64,000 bases of DNA from a candidate division WOR-3 bacterium (lineage in GTDB: Bacteria > Hydrothermota > Tepidihabitantia > Tepidihabitantales > CAIPLT01). The DNA lies in contig JBDRUV010000005.1 in NCBI GenBank assembly GCA_039801505.1, forward strand, positions 19,247-83,246, given 5' to 3'. Below, piece after piece: positions 21,288 to 30,609 of the stretch (positions within the stretch are counted from its first letter, which is position 1; every line of letters begins with the position of its first letter). The position numbers and the translations under genes were made by a program. The notes beneath the pieces were generated by a model. That model was not told where the DNA came from, did not search any database, and saw nothing but the letters and a program-made list of their open reading frames with translations.

Positions 21288-22992
21288 GAATAAAGAACTT
21301 GCTGAGATTTTTTATAAAATCGCTGATGCTTTAGAATTTAAGGGTGAGCAGGTATTTCGAGTTTTAGCTTATCGCAAAGCAGCGCGGGTGCTAGAGGAAC
21401 TTACCGATGATGTTGAAGAACTAAATCGAACCGGTAAGCTGCGCACAATTCCCGGTATCGGTGAGGGGATCGCAAAAAAGATTGATGAATACTTAAAGAC
21501 CGGCCAGATGAAAAAATATCAGGAAGCGATGGCCGGGATTCCTGAAGAACTACTTGCGCTGCTTAATATTCAAAACTTAGGGCCGAAGACCTTAGCCCTG
21601 GCTCATAAGGAGTTAGGAGTCAAAAACTTAGCTGACCTCAAGCGAGTTATTGAGGACGGTTCCTTAGCTAAGCTATTTCGGATGGGCCAGAAAAAGGTGG
21701 AAAATATTAAAAAAGGCATTGCTTTATATGAGCAAGCCCAAAAACGAATTCCGATCGATGTCGCCACCAAAATTGCCGATATGGTAGTTGATTACTTAAA
21801 GCACGCTCCGGGGCTTAAAGATATTTCTCCCTCAGGTTCGTTACGCCGCATGAAAGAGACCATTGGTGACATTGACATTTTAGTGTCTGCTAAGAACGGA
21901 GCGAAAATCATTGAGTATTTTACTAAAATGCCCAATGTGGTTCAGGTATTAGCAGCTGGCGACACTAAAGGCTCGGTGATTATTAAAACCGAAACCGAGA
22001 CACTCCAGGTTGATGTTCGGATTGTTGATGAAGATTCCTACGGTTCGGCTCTACAATACTTTACTGGTTCCAAGGACCATAATGTGACCTTACGCACTTT
22101 AGCTAAAGAAAAGGGGCTAAAACTTTCTGAATACGGCGTGTATAAAGGTGAGAAAAAAGTTGCTGGTCGCACCGAAGAGGAGGTCTATCGGATCTTAGGG
22201 CTTAAATGGATTCCGCCCGAGCTTCGAGAAAATCGCGGCGAGATCGAAGCTGCCCGGGCCGGCACTCTGCCGACGCTGATTGGCTATGATGAAATTAAAG
22301 GCGATTTTCAAGTTCATACCAATAATTCTGATGGTTCGGCTACGATCGAGGAGATGGTGAAAGCGGCAATAGCCCGGGGTTATGAGTATATTGCGATTAC
22401 AGACCATTCCAAGTCGGCTAATTATGCCAATGGTCTATCTGTCGAGCGGCTGTTGGCCGAATGGGAAGAGATTGACCGGTTGCAGCGGAAATATAAGAGT
22501 ATTAAAATCCTTAAAGCCACCGAGGTTGATATTTTAGCCTCGGGTAAACTTGATTATCCGGATAAAATTTTAGCTCAGGCTGATCTAGTGGTGGCTGCGG
22601 TTCATCAAGGATTTAAGCACCATGTGACCGAGCGGCTCTGCGCGGCTATTGAGAATCCACATGTGGATATCATTGCGCATCCCTCAGGTCGGCTTATTAA
22701 TAAACGTGAAGGCTATGAGGTTGATTTAGAAAAGGTATTAGAGCATGCCCGGAAGTATCAGAAGATTCTTGAAATCAATGCCTATCCGAATCGGTTAGAT
22801 CTGAACGACATCTGGGCCCGCCGGGCTAAAGAGATGGGCATAAAATTGGCAATTAATACCGATGCCCATAATGTCAATGACTTGGCCTGGATGCGCTTTG
22901 GCATTGGGGTGGCTCGGCGCGCTTGGCTAGAAAAAGACGATGTGGTTAATACCAAAAGTTACGCTGAGCTTAAAAAATACCTAAAACTCTAA
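21277..22992 (+). CDS. polX: Family X DNA polymerase with C-terminal PHP phosphoesterase domain
   Basis: 571 aa with helix-hairpin-helix motifs, the Pol beta nucleotidyltransferase GDIDIL motif and the PHP domain (HTNNSDG, ITDHS). Confidence 0.85.
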   Translation: MPNKNKELAEIFYKIADALEFKGEQVFRVLAYRKAARVLEELTDDVEELNRTGKLRTIPGIGEGIAKKIDEYLKTGQMKKYQEAMAGIPEELLALLNIQNLGPKTLALAHKELGVKNLADLKRVIEDGSLAKLFRMGQKKVENIKKGIALYEQAQKRIPIDVATKIADMVVDYLKHAPGLKDISPSGSLRRMKETIGDIDILVSAKNGAKIIEYFTKMPNVVQVLAAGDTKGSVIIKTETETLQVDVRIVDEDSYGSALQYFTGSKDHNVTLRTLAKEKGLKLSEYGVYKGEKKVAGRTEEEVYRILGLKWIPPELRENRGEIEAARAGTLPTLIGYDEIKGDFQVHTNNSDGSATIEEMVKAAIARGYEYIAITDHSKSANYANGLSVERLLAEWEEIDRLQRKYKSIKILKATEVDILASGKLDYPDKILAQADLVVAAVHQGFKHHVTERLCAAIENPHVDIIAHPSGRLINKREGYEVDLEKVLEHARKYQKILEINAYPNRLDLNDIWARRAKEMGIKLAINTDAHNVNDLAWMRFGIGVARRAWLEKDDVVNTKSYAELKKYLKL

Positions 22993-23145
22993 ATACTCCC
23001 TAATCAGAAAATTTTTCCCCATTTTAAGAGTTTTGGGCATCTATATATGTGATGAGACAAGTTGAAAGTTTTCAGCAGTTTTATTTTCGGTTCACACTAT
23101 TTGGTGGTATATTTATTCCGCCTACTCAGTATTTGGGCATTCGTT

Positions 23146-23181
23146 CCCGATACGGTCTAGGGGATCGTCTCCTTACGTATC
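23146..23181. repeat. GC-rich palindromic intergenic element, copy F (CCCGATACGGTCTAGGGGATCGTCTCCTTACGTATC)
   Basis: ACGGTCTAGGGGATCGTC core flanked by the 6-bp inverted repeat GATACG/CGTATC. Confidence 0.5.
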
Positions 23182-23353
23182 TGATATGTCCTAAGCAAAT
23201 CCTAAGGAGCTGGCTATTTAACTTAGTAATATGAAGCACGCCAGCGGGATTAATTTTAATTGCAGCCTTATTTATTCGGGCTGTAGGCTCAGGGGTAATT
23301 GCGCGAAGAATATCACTTGACTAACTATTAGTTCTCAGGTTTAATATTTAGAA

Positions 23354-25435
23354 ATGACGCGTCGGTTTTTTATTGATCTTACACTTTTGGTTTTCTTTTT
23401 CGTTCCTCAGCTGGCTCGGGCCAAGACCGGTTATTTAATTAAACCGGTGGTTGGTAGTGAGGACTTATCCGGGGATAATCAAGTTGGAGAAGTTGGCACA
23501 AGACTTAAAAAACCATTAATTGTACAAGTAGTTGATGAAGCCGGTAAACCTTTGGCCGGTAAACTTGTGAAGTTTTTTATTCTTTCCCAACCCAAGGAGA
23601 ATATCTATAGTCAAAAACCAGCCCAACTTTCTGAGACCGCGGTAACAACCGACAATAACGGTTATGCCCAGACTTATCTGACTTTTGGCGGAACCGCCGG
23701 GGAGTATTGCGTCCGAGCTAGTTTAGATAATAAAGCCGAGCAACTGTTTTCGCTTACCGCATTACCGAAGCGTTGGTACCTCGTGGTGATTTTAGGATTT
23801 TTGGGCGGCCTTTGTTTCTTTTTATTTGGGTTATATTATGGTAGTAAAGGACTGCGAAGGCTGGCCGGACCAAGTCTTCGGGAGATTGTGTTTAATCTGA
23901 CCCGGCACCGCATATTAGGAACCTTAGTTGGAATTTTGGTTACTCTAATTTTTCAATCATCAACCGCAACTTCAGTCTTGCTCATCAGCTTTGTGAGCAC
24001 CGGGCTTATCGGTTTAATGCAAGCCTTAGCTGTAATTTTAGGGTCAGATATTGGCACGACATTTACTGCGCAGCTTTTAGCTTTTAAGCTATACGACTAT
24101 GCGCTCTTTATTATTGTGATAGGATTTCTCCTCATGAATTCCTTTAAGAAAATCAAAGACTTTGGCCAAGCTCTTTTCGGTTTTGGGCTAGTATTTTTTG
24201 CGATCAAATTGGTCTTTGAGGCATCGCAGCTCTTAAAGTATTTTCCGGCCTTTATTGAAATGATCATCTCATTTGAAAATTATCCCATCTTGGGAGTGCT
24301 GTTTGCAATGATTTTTACTTTTCTGGTGCATTCTTCAGCTGCAACGATTGGTATTGCAGTTGGTTTAGCTTTTTCCGGACTATTAAGTCTTAAAGCCGCC
24401 ATTCCGATAATTTTAGGCGCCAATTTAGGAACCAGTTTTTCACCACTTATTGCTAGTCTTCGTACCAGTCTTGATGCCCGGCGGGTTGCCTTGGGCCACA
24501 CGATATTTAAGGTCATTATTGTGATTGTGCTATTGCCATTTATTAAGCCCCTGGCGGGATTTTTTGCTCAGACCGCAAATTCCGTGCCCCGCCAGATTGC
24601 TAATGCCCATACTCTAATAAATCTCATCGCTTGTATTGTATTTTTACCCTTCCTAAGTCCATTTGAGAAATTACTGCGAAATCTCTTACCGGATTATCTT
24701 CAAGATCGCTACAAAGCTCAGCCGTTATATTTAGACCCTACGGTGCTTGATACCCCGGCGATGGCTTTAGCTCAAGCCCATCGTGAGGTGCTTCATATTG
24801 GTGATATTGTATTAGCTATGTATAAGAAAAGTCTTAATGTCTTCTTAAATAATGACAAAGAAGGTCGCAAGGAGTTAATTAAAGAAGATGATCGGGTTGA
24901 TAATTTGGTGAAAAATGTTACCCGGTATTTGACGAAACTTTCAACTCCGGAGCTTCCCGCCGAACTACTAAGAAAAAATGTCGCCCTACTTTATATTATT
25001 GACGATCTCGAACATATTGGTGATATCATTTCTAAAGCCCTTATGGTTTATGCCAAAAAGAAAATTGATTATGGATTAGTTTTTTCAGATGAAGGACTTA
25101 ACGAGATCCAGCAATTTCATAAAGAAGTTGAGGAGACCCTAAAGAAAGCCCTGGCAAGTCTTGGCAGCTGGGACGAGAAGTTAGCCTTAGAGGTTAGTGC
25201 GCGACGAGAATTTGGTAATATTAGATTACAAGAGCTCCATAACCGGCACCTGGCTCGGCTGGTGGCTGGTCTTAAAGAAAGTATTGATACCAGCACGATT
25301 CATCTAGATTTTATTTCTGACTTAGAACGCATTAACTACCATGGTGCCAAAATCGGCATCTCGGTGATTCAAGCTCTAAAGGTTGAAGAGGTAAGTATAA
25401 TTACTCCTCACGAAAAAGAAAACCTTGAAAAATAA
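23354..25435 (+). CDS. Na+/Pi-cotransporter family membrane protein with C-terminal PhoU-like domain and an N-terminal signal peptide plus Ig-like extracellular domain
   Basis: 693 aa with duplicated NptA motifs (GSDIGTTFTAQ and GANLGTSFSP), a PhoU-like tail, and an N-terminal ~130-aa region with bacterial Ig-like character (LIVQVVDEAGKPLAGKLVKF...TDNNGYAQTYLTF). Confidence 0.7.
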   Translation: MTRRFFIDLTLLVFFFVPQLARAKTGYLIKPVVGSEDLSGDNQVGEVGTRLKKPLIVQVVDEAGKPLAGKLVKFFILSQPKENIYSQKPAQLSETAVTTDNNGYAQTYLTFGGTAGEYCVRASLDNKAEQLFSLTALPKRWYLVVILGFLGGLCFFLFGLYYGSKGLRRLAGPSLREIVFNLTRHRILGTLVGILVTLIFQSSTATSVLLISFVSTGLIGLMQALAVILGSDIGTTFTAQLLAFKLYDYALFIIVIGFLLMNSFKKIKDFGQALFGFGLVFFAIKLVFEASQLLKYFPAFIEMIISFENYPILGVLFAMIFTFLVHSSAATIGIAVGLAFSGLLSLKAAIPIILGANLGTSFSPLIASLRTSLDARRVALGHTIFKVIIVIVLLPFIKPLAGFFAQTANSVPRQIANAHTLINLIACIVFLPFLSPFEKLLRNLLPDYLQDRYKAQPLYLDPTVLDTPAMALAQAHREVLHIGDIVLAMYKKSLNVFLNNDKEGRKELIKEDDRVDNLVKNVTRYLTKLSTPELPAELLRKNVALLYIIDDLEHIGDIISKALMVYAKKKIDYGLVFSDEGLNEIQQFHKEVEETLKKALASLGSWDEKLALEVSARREFGNIRLQELHNRHLARLVAGLKESIDTSTIHLDFISDLERINYHGAKIGISVIQALKVEEVSIITPHEKENLEK

Positions 25436-25455
25436 GCTGGATTTTTGTAATATCA

Positions 25456-27612
25456 ATGATTATGAAGAAATATTTAATAATTTTTTGGGGATTTTTTCAA
25501 ATAATTAATTATCTGAATGCCGGTCCCCCTTATGATTTTTGTGGAACGATCAAAGCGTTAGAGGAATACCATCGAGGTATCATAAGACAACGGCCTACCC
25601 TTTCAGGACCGGTTCAATATATTGAATATCCTAATTTTCGAGTTCATTACACCACTCAAGGTAGCGACGCAGTGAGCCGCCAATATGCCGAAACTGTAGC
25701 TGTAGCTATGGCCTATAGTTGGGCTAAGCTAGTTGATACCCTGGGTTGGGCACCGCCACCGCCGGATTTCAATTTAGGCGGTGACAATCGCTATGATATT
25801 TATATTATGCAACTGTCCTCCGGCGTGGCTGGTGTAACTTATGCCGAGAATAGTTATCCCAATCCTTATCCCAATGGTGTTTCATCTCATTTTCGAATTA
25901 CCCGAGGCTTGGACTATAATTATCTAAAATCAACGGTCTGTCACGAGTTTCACCATGCAATCCAATTTCGTTATAGCAGTGTTGAGGGTAGCTGGTGGAT
26001 GGAGAATTGTGCGACCTGGAGCGAAGACGTGGTCTACGATGACTACAATGATTACTTAGGATTTCTCTCAACTTCACCTGGGCCATTTACAACTCCAGAA
26101 TATCCGATTAGCACTTTTAACAATTTATATCAGTATGCTGGTTGCGTGTGGCCAATTTTTCTAACGGAACGATATGGGCCAAATTGTGTAAAACAGATTT
26201 GGGAGTATCAAGGGCAGATTTCCGGGCAAAACACAATAAGTGCCATGGATTATATCTTAACTAACAATTATAATAGTAATTTAGTTACAGCACTTCAAGA
26301 ATATGCGGTCTGGCGTTATTTTACCGGACAACGAGCTGATACGGTTCATTACTACTCCGAAGGGCATCTCTATCCCCAGGTGCGCATCTTACGAACCCAT
26401 TATAGTTATCCGGCATCCGGTGACCAAGGCAACTATCCGGTTTCTAATCCGGGCGGTACAAGTTATATTCAGTTTTCTAATGGCGGCGGCGACTTTTTAA
26501 TTTTCTTTAATGCCCAGAGTGTATACCGTTGGCGTTGTCAAGTAATTGGTTACCAGAGTGGCGGAAACTCTTCGGTTTACCAGATAGCATTAAATACTTC
26601 GGGCGCTGGTGGCGACACTTTCAGCTGGGGAGCAAACGAGTATTTTGCATTAGTTCCAACCGCAGTGCAATGGGAATACCAGACTGGTTCGCTGCCGTTC
26701 TTCTATACTGCTGATGTTCGGATTTCTCACGATGTTGGCATAGCCAGTTTTACTGGTATCCCCAGCTTTGCCGATTCCAATAATATTATTTTGCCTCAAG
26801 CCACTGTGAAGAATTACGGGGTAAGCAGCGAAACATTTCCAATAAAATTGGCCATTGGCAATTTCTACCGAGATTCTTTAATTGTATCACTCAATCCAAA
26901 TGAATCTTTATTGATAAATTTTCGACCCTGTACCTTGCAAGCTCGTGACTATCAAAGTTATCTTTGTAAAACATATTTAACATTTGATGAACGACGAAGT
27001 AATGATTCAGTAGTCGGCCAAATTTTCGTCCGGGTGAGAGATGTTGGGGTTCTTGAAATTTTGGCCCCTACCGGGCAAGTAAACTACGGCAGCTATATCA
27101 CACCGCAAGCTCGAATTAAAAATTATGGTAATGCTCGGGAAATTTTTGATGTTGATTTTAGAATTGGCGACTGGCAGACAAGTAAACGAATATCGCTTTC
27201 TGCAGGTTTTGAATTTGATTTCGCCTTTGATAGTTTGTGGTTAGCTTATCCAGTAGGTATTTTCCCGGTTAAATGTTCAACGAGGCTTATTGGTGATATG
27301 AACAATAGTAATGATTTTGCTACTAGTCAATGCACAGTATTTACTAGTGGTTATCATGAGGAAAAAAGTCGCAATTATTTATCAGGATTTTCAGGTCGGA
27401 TCATAAGTCTCGGGAGATCAATAATTGTTGATAATTTAAATGATGGAAATCAATATGAATTTATAATTTATGATCCTACGGGTCAGATAATTTATCAGAA
27501 TAAAATTTCACTACGCCGGTTCATTCTTAATAAATCTTTAAGCGCAGGTGTGTATTTTATTCAATTTAAATCAGATAATCAGTTTTATCAGAAGAAACTT
27601 GTTGTGTATTAA
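25456..27612 (+). CDS. Secreted HEXXH zinc metallopeptidase with CARDB repeats and a T9SS C-terminal sorting domain
   Basis: Signal peptide, the HEFHHAIQF zinc-binding motif, two CARDB-like repeats (ATVKNYGVSSETFPIKLAIG and ARIKNYGNAREIFDVDFRIG) and a C-terminal ~80 aa matching T9SS type-A CTD (SAGVYFIQFKSDNQFYQKKLVVY). Confidence 0.65.
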   Translation: MIMKKYLIIFWGFFQIINYLNAGPPYDFCGTIKALEEYHRGIIRQRPTLSGPVQYIEYPNFRVHYTTQGSDAVSRQYAETVAVAMAYSWAKLVDTLGWAPPPPDFNLGGDNRYDIYIMQLSSGVAGVTYAENSYPNPYPNGVSSHFRITRGLDYNYLKSTVCHEFHHAIQFRYSSVEGSWWMENCATWSEDVVYDDYNDYLGFLSTSPGPFTTPEYPISTFNNLYQYAGCVWPIFLTERYGPNCVKQIWEYQGQISGQNTISAMDYILTNNYNSNLVTALQEYAVWRYFTGQRADTVHYYSEGHLYPQVRILRTHYSYPASGDQGNYPVSNPGGTSYIQFSNGGGDFLIFFNAQSVYRWRCQVIGYQSGGNSSVYQIALNTSGAGGDTFSWGANEYFALVPTAVQWEYQTGSLPFFYTADVRISHDVGIASFTGIPSFADSNNIILPQATVKNYGVSSETFPIKLAIGNFYRDSLIVSLNPNESLLINFRPCTLQARDYQSYLCKTYLTFDERRSNDSVVGQIFVRVRDVGVLEILAPTGQVNYGSYITPQARIKNYGNAREIFDVDFRIGDWQTSKRISLSAGFEFDFAFDSLWLAYPVGIFPVKCSTRLIGDMNNSNDFATSQCTVFTSGYHEEKSRNYLSGFSGRIISLGRSIIVDNLNDGNQYEFIIYDPTGQIIYQNKISLRRFILNKSLSAGVYFIQFKSDNQFYQKKLVVY

Positions 27613-27619
27613 AAAGACT

Positions 27620-27922
27620 ATGATTGAGAAGGACAAAACATCGGAAGAGAAAAGTCGTGTCCATATAATCGTGTCTGGAAAGGTTCAAGGGGTGTTTTTT
27701 AGAGATTTTACCCGACGGCATGCCCGACAACTAGGACTTACCGGCTGGGTGAGGAATCTTCCTTCAGGCGATGTGGAAATTATTGCTGAAGGAACTAAGC
27801 AGAAACTTTTGGCGCTAATTGAAGCTGTAAGGATTGGTCCCCAGTTTGCCCAGGTCACTGATTGCAAAATAACCTGGAATGACTATAAAGGAGAGTTTGA
27901 AGATTTTACAATCAGATATTAA
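27620..27922 (+). CDS. acyP: Acylphosphatase
   Basis: VHIIVSGKVQGVFFRDFTRRHA...GWVRNLPSGDVEI signature. The start is taken at the ATG at 27620 after the upstream stop. Confidence 0.8.
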   Translation: MIEKDKTSEEKSRVHIIVSGKVQGVFFRDFTRRHARQLGLTGWVRNLPSGDVEIIAEGTKQKLLALIEAVRIGPQFAQVTDCKITWNDYKGEFEDFTIRY

Positions 27923-27947
27923 TTAAAAATATTAGCAGTTTTTAATT

Positions 27948-29366
27948 CTAATTAAGCTGCAGGGCTTTTTTGAGCCGTTCTAAGGTGACATTTTTACCTA
28001 AAAGTTCAATTGTTTCAAACAATGGTGGACCAACTGTTTTCCCAGTTAGTGCCACTCGACAAGGATGCACCAGTTCCGCAGCTTTTATGCCCAATTTTTC
28101 AGCCAAATTTCTTAAGGCTTGTTCGATCTTTGGCGCGGTAAAATCAGTAACTTCTGAGAAAGCAGTAATTAGAGCGTTTAAATATTCTTTGGTAGTATTA
28201 TTGATATAAGTAGCAACTGCCACTTGGTCATAAGTGATTTCCTTAAGATAAAAATTGCCTACCATATTGCGTAAATCAACCAGGGTACGGACCCGGACCT
28301 TAGCAAGTTCTAGGATTTTATAATATCGTTCGTCTAACTGAGGTTCGACATTAATTTCTAGAAGATATGGTATAAGCTCGTCACCAAGTTTTTTAATATC
28401 GCGATTTTTAATATAAACGCTATTCATCCATTCTAACTTTTTAATATCAAATATCGCATTAGCCTTGTTGACCCGCTCTAGCGAAAACATCTTTATCATT
28501 GTTGTGATATCCATAATTTCTACATCGCCGCCCGGTGACCACCCTAACAGAGCCAAAAAGTTTATTAAAGCGTCTGGTAAAAATCCGGCCTTTTTATACT
28601 CCCAAAGTGATAAAGCGCCATGGCGTTTCGACAATTTTTTCTTATCCGGTCCTAAAATTAACGGTAGATGAGCAAAATTAGGCACGGGAAAGCCTAACGC
28701 TTTATAAAGTAATATTTGTTTCGGAGTGTTGGCAATATGTTCCACAGCTCTAATTACATAGTTGATTCTCATTTCAGCATCATCAATCACAACCGCAAAA
28801 TTATAAGTTGGAGTATTATCAGCCCGCATAAGAATAAAATCTTCAATGTCTCTACTTTCTTTGGTGATCTCGCCATGAATTATATCCCGGAAAGTTACCG
28901 TCTCATCGGGGATAAGAAATCTAATGGCTTTGGGTCGATTTTCTTTCTCAAACCGACTCTTTTGGTCTTGAGTAAGATATAGACAGCGCCGGTCATACTT
29001 CCAGGGAATTTTTTTGGCCCACGCCTCCTGCCGTTCTTTTTCTAATTCCTCAGGCGAGCAGTAGCAATAATAAGCTTTTTTTTCGGCAAGTAATTTTTGG
29101 GCATAACTTCGGTAAATCTCGAAACGCTGCGATTGGAAATAAGGTCCTTCATCCCAATTCAGACCAACCCACTTAAATCCCTCAATAATTGCTTCTACCG
29201 ATTCTTTGGTCGAACGAGTGGGATCAGTATCTTCGATCCGTAGAATAAACTTACCATTATGATGGCGGGCAAACAGCCAATTATATAATGCCGATCGCAC
29301 TAAGCCAACATGGACGGCGCCAGTTGGACTTGGTGCAATTCGAACTCGAACTTCTTGATTATGCAT
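27948..29366 (-). CDS. gltX: Glutamyl-tRNA synthetase
   Basis: RIAPSPTGAVHVG HIGH-region, KLSKR, 472 aa. Confidence 0.9.
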   Translation of the reverse strand: MHNQEVRVRIAPSPTGAVHVGLVRSALYNWLFARHHNGKFILRIEDTDPTRSTKESVEAIIEGFKWVGLNWDEGPYFQSQRFEIYRSYAQKLLAEKKAYYCYCSPEELEKERQEAWAKKIPWKYDRRCLYLTQDQKSRFEKENRPKAIRFLIPDETVTFRDIIHGEITKESRDIEDFILMRADNTPTYNFAVVIDDAEMRINYVIRAVEHIANTPKQILLYKALGFPVPNFAHLPLILGPDKKKLSKRHGALSLWEYKKAGFLPDALINFLALLGWSPGGDVEIMDITTMIKMFSLERVNKANAIFDIKKLEWMNSVYIKNRDIKKLGDELIPYLLEINVEPQLDERYYKILELAKVRVRTLVDLRNMVGNFYLKEITYDQVAVATYINNTTKEYLNALITAFSEVTDFTAPKIEQALRNLAEKLGIKAAELVHPCRVALTGKTVGPPLFETIELLGKNVTLERLKKALQLN

Positions 29367-29425
29367 AATTTTGATTATACTAATATATTGTTAAAAATCA
29401 AGAAAAGAGAAATTGAGGTGATAGA

Positions 29426-29932
29426 TTAATACAACCAACTTTTGTATTCAGGAGTTGCATCCTTCATGTCTTCATATAACCAAACCATTCGATCACTAAA
29501 CCACAACTTGCCAATGATCATAATAACGCCGCCTAATATTGTTAACCAGATATGTAATTTTATGAGTCCCCAAATAAAAATAATAGTACCAATGCCTATT
29601 GCCACAGAAAGAATATTAGGGAGATAAAGATGATGTTTGGGGATTAAGACTTTTTTACGATTCATCCAGACCCATTCACCGAGCACTACTTTTGACATCC
29701 AATTGTTAGTGCTTTTTGGTTCTGGAAAAATTCTGGGGTTTAACCATATCCATAAAAGAACGACGACAATTGGAACTAATGACCACCAACCAAGCCAAAT
29801 TCGACTCCAAACTGCGACACCAATAAGCGGAACACCGATAAACCGCGTATAGCCACTGTAGGGATTAGTATGACGCCGGCGGGCTTTTTCCCCCATTTTA
29901 AATAGACTAGCCACTTTTTGCTCAAAAGTCAT
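29426..29932 (-). CDS. Hypothetical Trp-rich integral membrane protein (about 4 TM helices)
   Basis: 168-aa ORF with hydrophobic segments. No recognisable family. Confidence 0.45.
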   Translation of the reverse strand: MTFEQKVASLFKMGEKARRRHTNPYSGYTRFIGVPLIGVAVWSRIWLGWWSLVPIVVVLLWIWLNPRIFPEPKSTNNWMSKVVLGEWVWMNRKKVLIPKHHLYLPNILSVAIGIGTIIFIWGLIKLHIWLTILGGVIMIIGKLWFSDRMVWLYEDMKDATPEYKSWLY

Positions 29933-29946
29933 AAGGGATAATTAAG

Positions 29947-30037
29947 CGGAGAGGGTGGGATTCGAACCCACGGCACGGTTTTACCCGTGCGACCGCTTAG
30001 CAAGCGGGCGCCTTAGACCTATCTCGGCCACCTCTCC
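29947..30037 (-). tRNA. tRNA-Ser (anticodon GCT)
   Basis: The reverse complement GGAGAGGTGGCCGAGATAGGTCTAAGGCGCCCGCTTGCTAAGCGG...GGTTCGAATCCCACCCTCTCCG folds as a cloverleaf with a long variable arm, anticodon loop TTGCTAA and a TPsiC loop GGTTCGAATCC. Confidence 0.85.
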
Positions 30038-30061
30038 ATAAAATAATTAAAAGAACCGCCA

Positions 30062-30148
30062 CGGAGGGCGGGGGATTCGAACCCCCATTCCCATTGCTGG
30101 GAGCCGGATTTCAAGTCCGGTGCCTTACCAAATTAGGACTAGCCCTCC
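30062..30148 (-). tRNA. tRNA-Ser (anticodon TGA)
   Basis: The reverse complement GGAGGGCTAGTCC...CCGGACTTGAAATCCGG...GGGGGTTCGAATCCCCCGCCCTCCG has a long variable arm and anticodon loop CTTGAAA. Confidence 0.85.
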
Positions 30149-30390
30149 GGCACAAAAATATTTTTCAAAGAGCCATTATAAATATAAGATACTAAATTTT
30201 TCACAAAAGTCAATCAGTTTGTGAAACATTTCACCCAGTGTTTAGTAACTTAAGCGGTCTCGACTCGGTAACTTCTTATTTGTAATCGTTAGATAAACCA
30301 ACATAATACCGAAGTGATATCCAAAATGGCCCGAGGTCACCAAAGAAATTATTAGACAGCACAAAATTCTTATTCCTAGCGACTGATCAA

Positions 30391-30433
30391 CCCCTGGACC
30401 GTAGGGGTAAGCGTATAGGGGATGGTCTACTGG
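30391..30433. repeat. GC-rich palindromic intergenic element, copy E (CCCCTGGACCGTAGGGGTAAGCGTATAGGGGATGGTCTACTGG)
   Basis: Contains the perfect hairpin CCCCT-GGACCGT-AGGGG plus the GGGGATGGTC unit. Best-preserved copy. Confidence 0.55.
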
Positions 30434-30552
30434 ATTTCACCCAATATTGCTTAATTCTATGAATTACATCGTATTAAATAAAGCTTTCTGTTTTAGTCAA
30501 TATCACTGAATGATTGCGTTTTGGTAGTGCTGATGTTAGATATTACTGGTGA

Positions 30553-30580
30553 TTGACATTTGAGTTTTTGTTGATAATAT
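30553..30580 (+). promoter_or_regulatory. sigma70-type promoter TTGACA-N16-TAATAT upstream of manC (leadered, with Shine-Dalgarno)
   Basis: TTGACA at 30553-30558 and TAATAT at 30575-30580, followed by AAGGAGCTAGGGAG and the ATG at 30610. Confidence 0.45.
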
Positions 30581-30609
30581 ATCAAGAGTTAAGGAGCTAG
30601 GGAGTGGTT

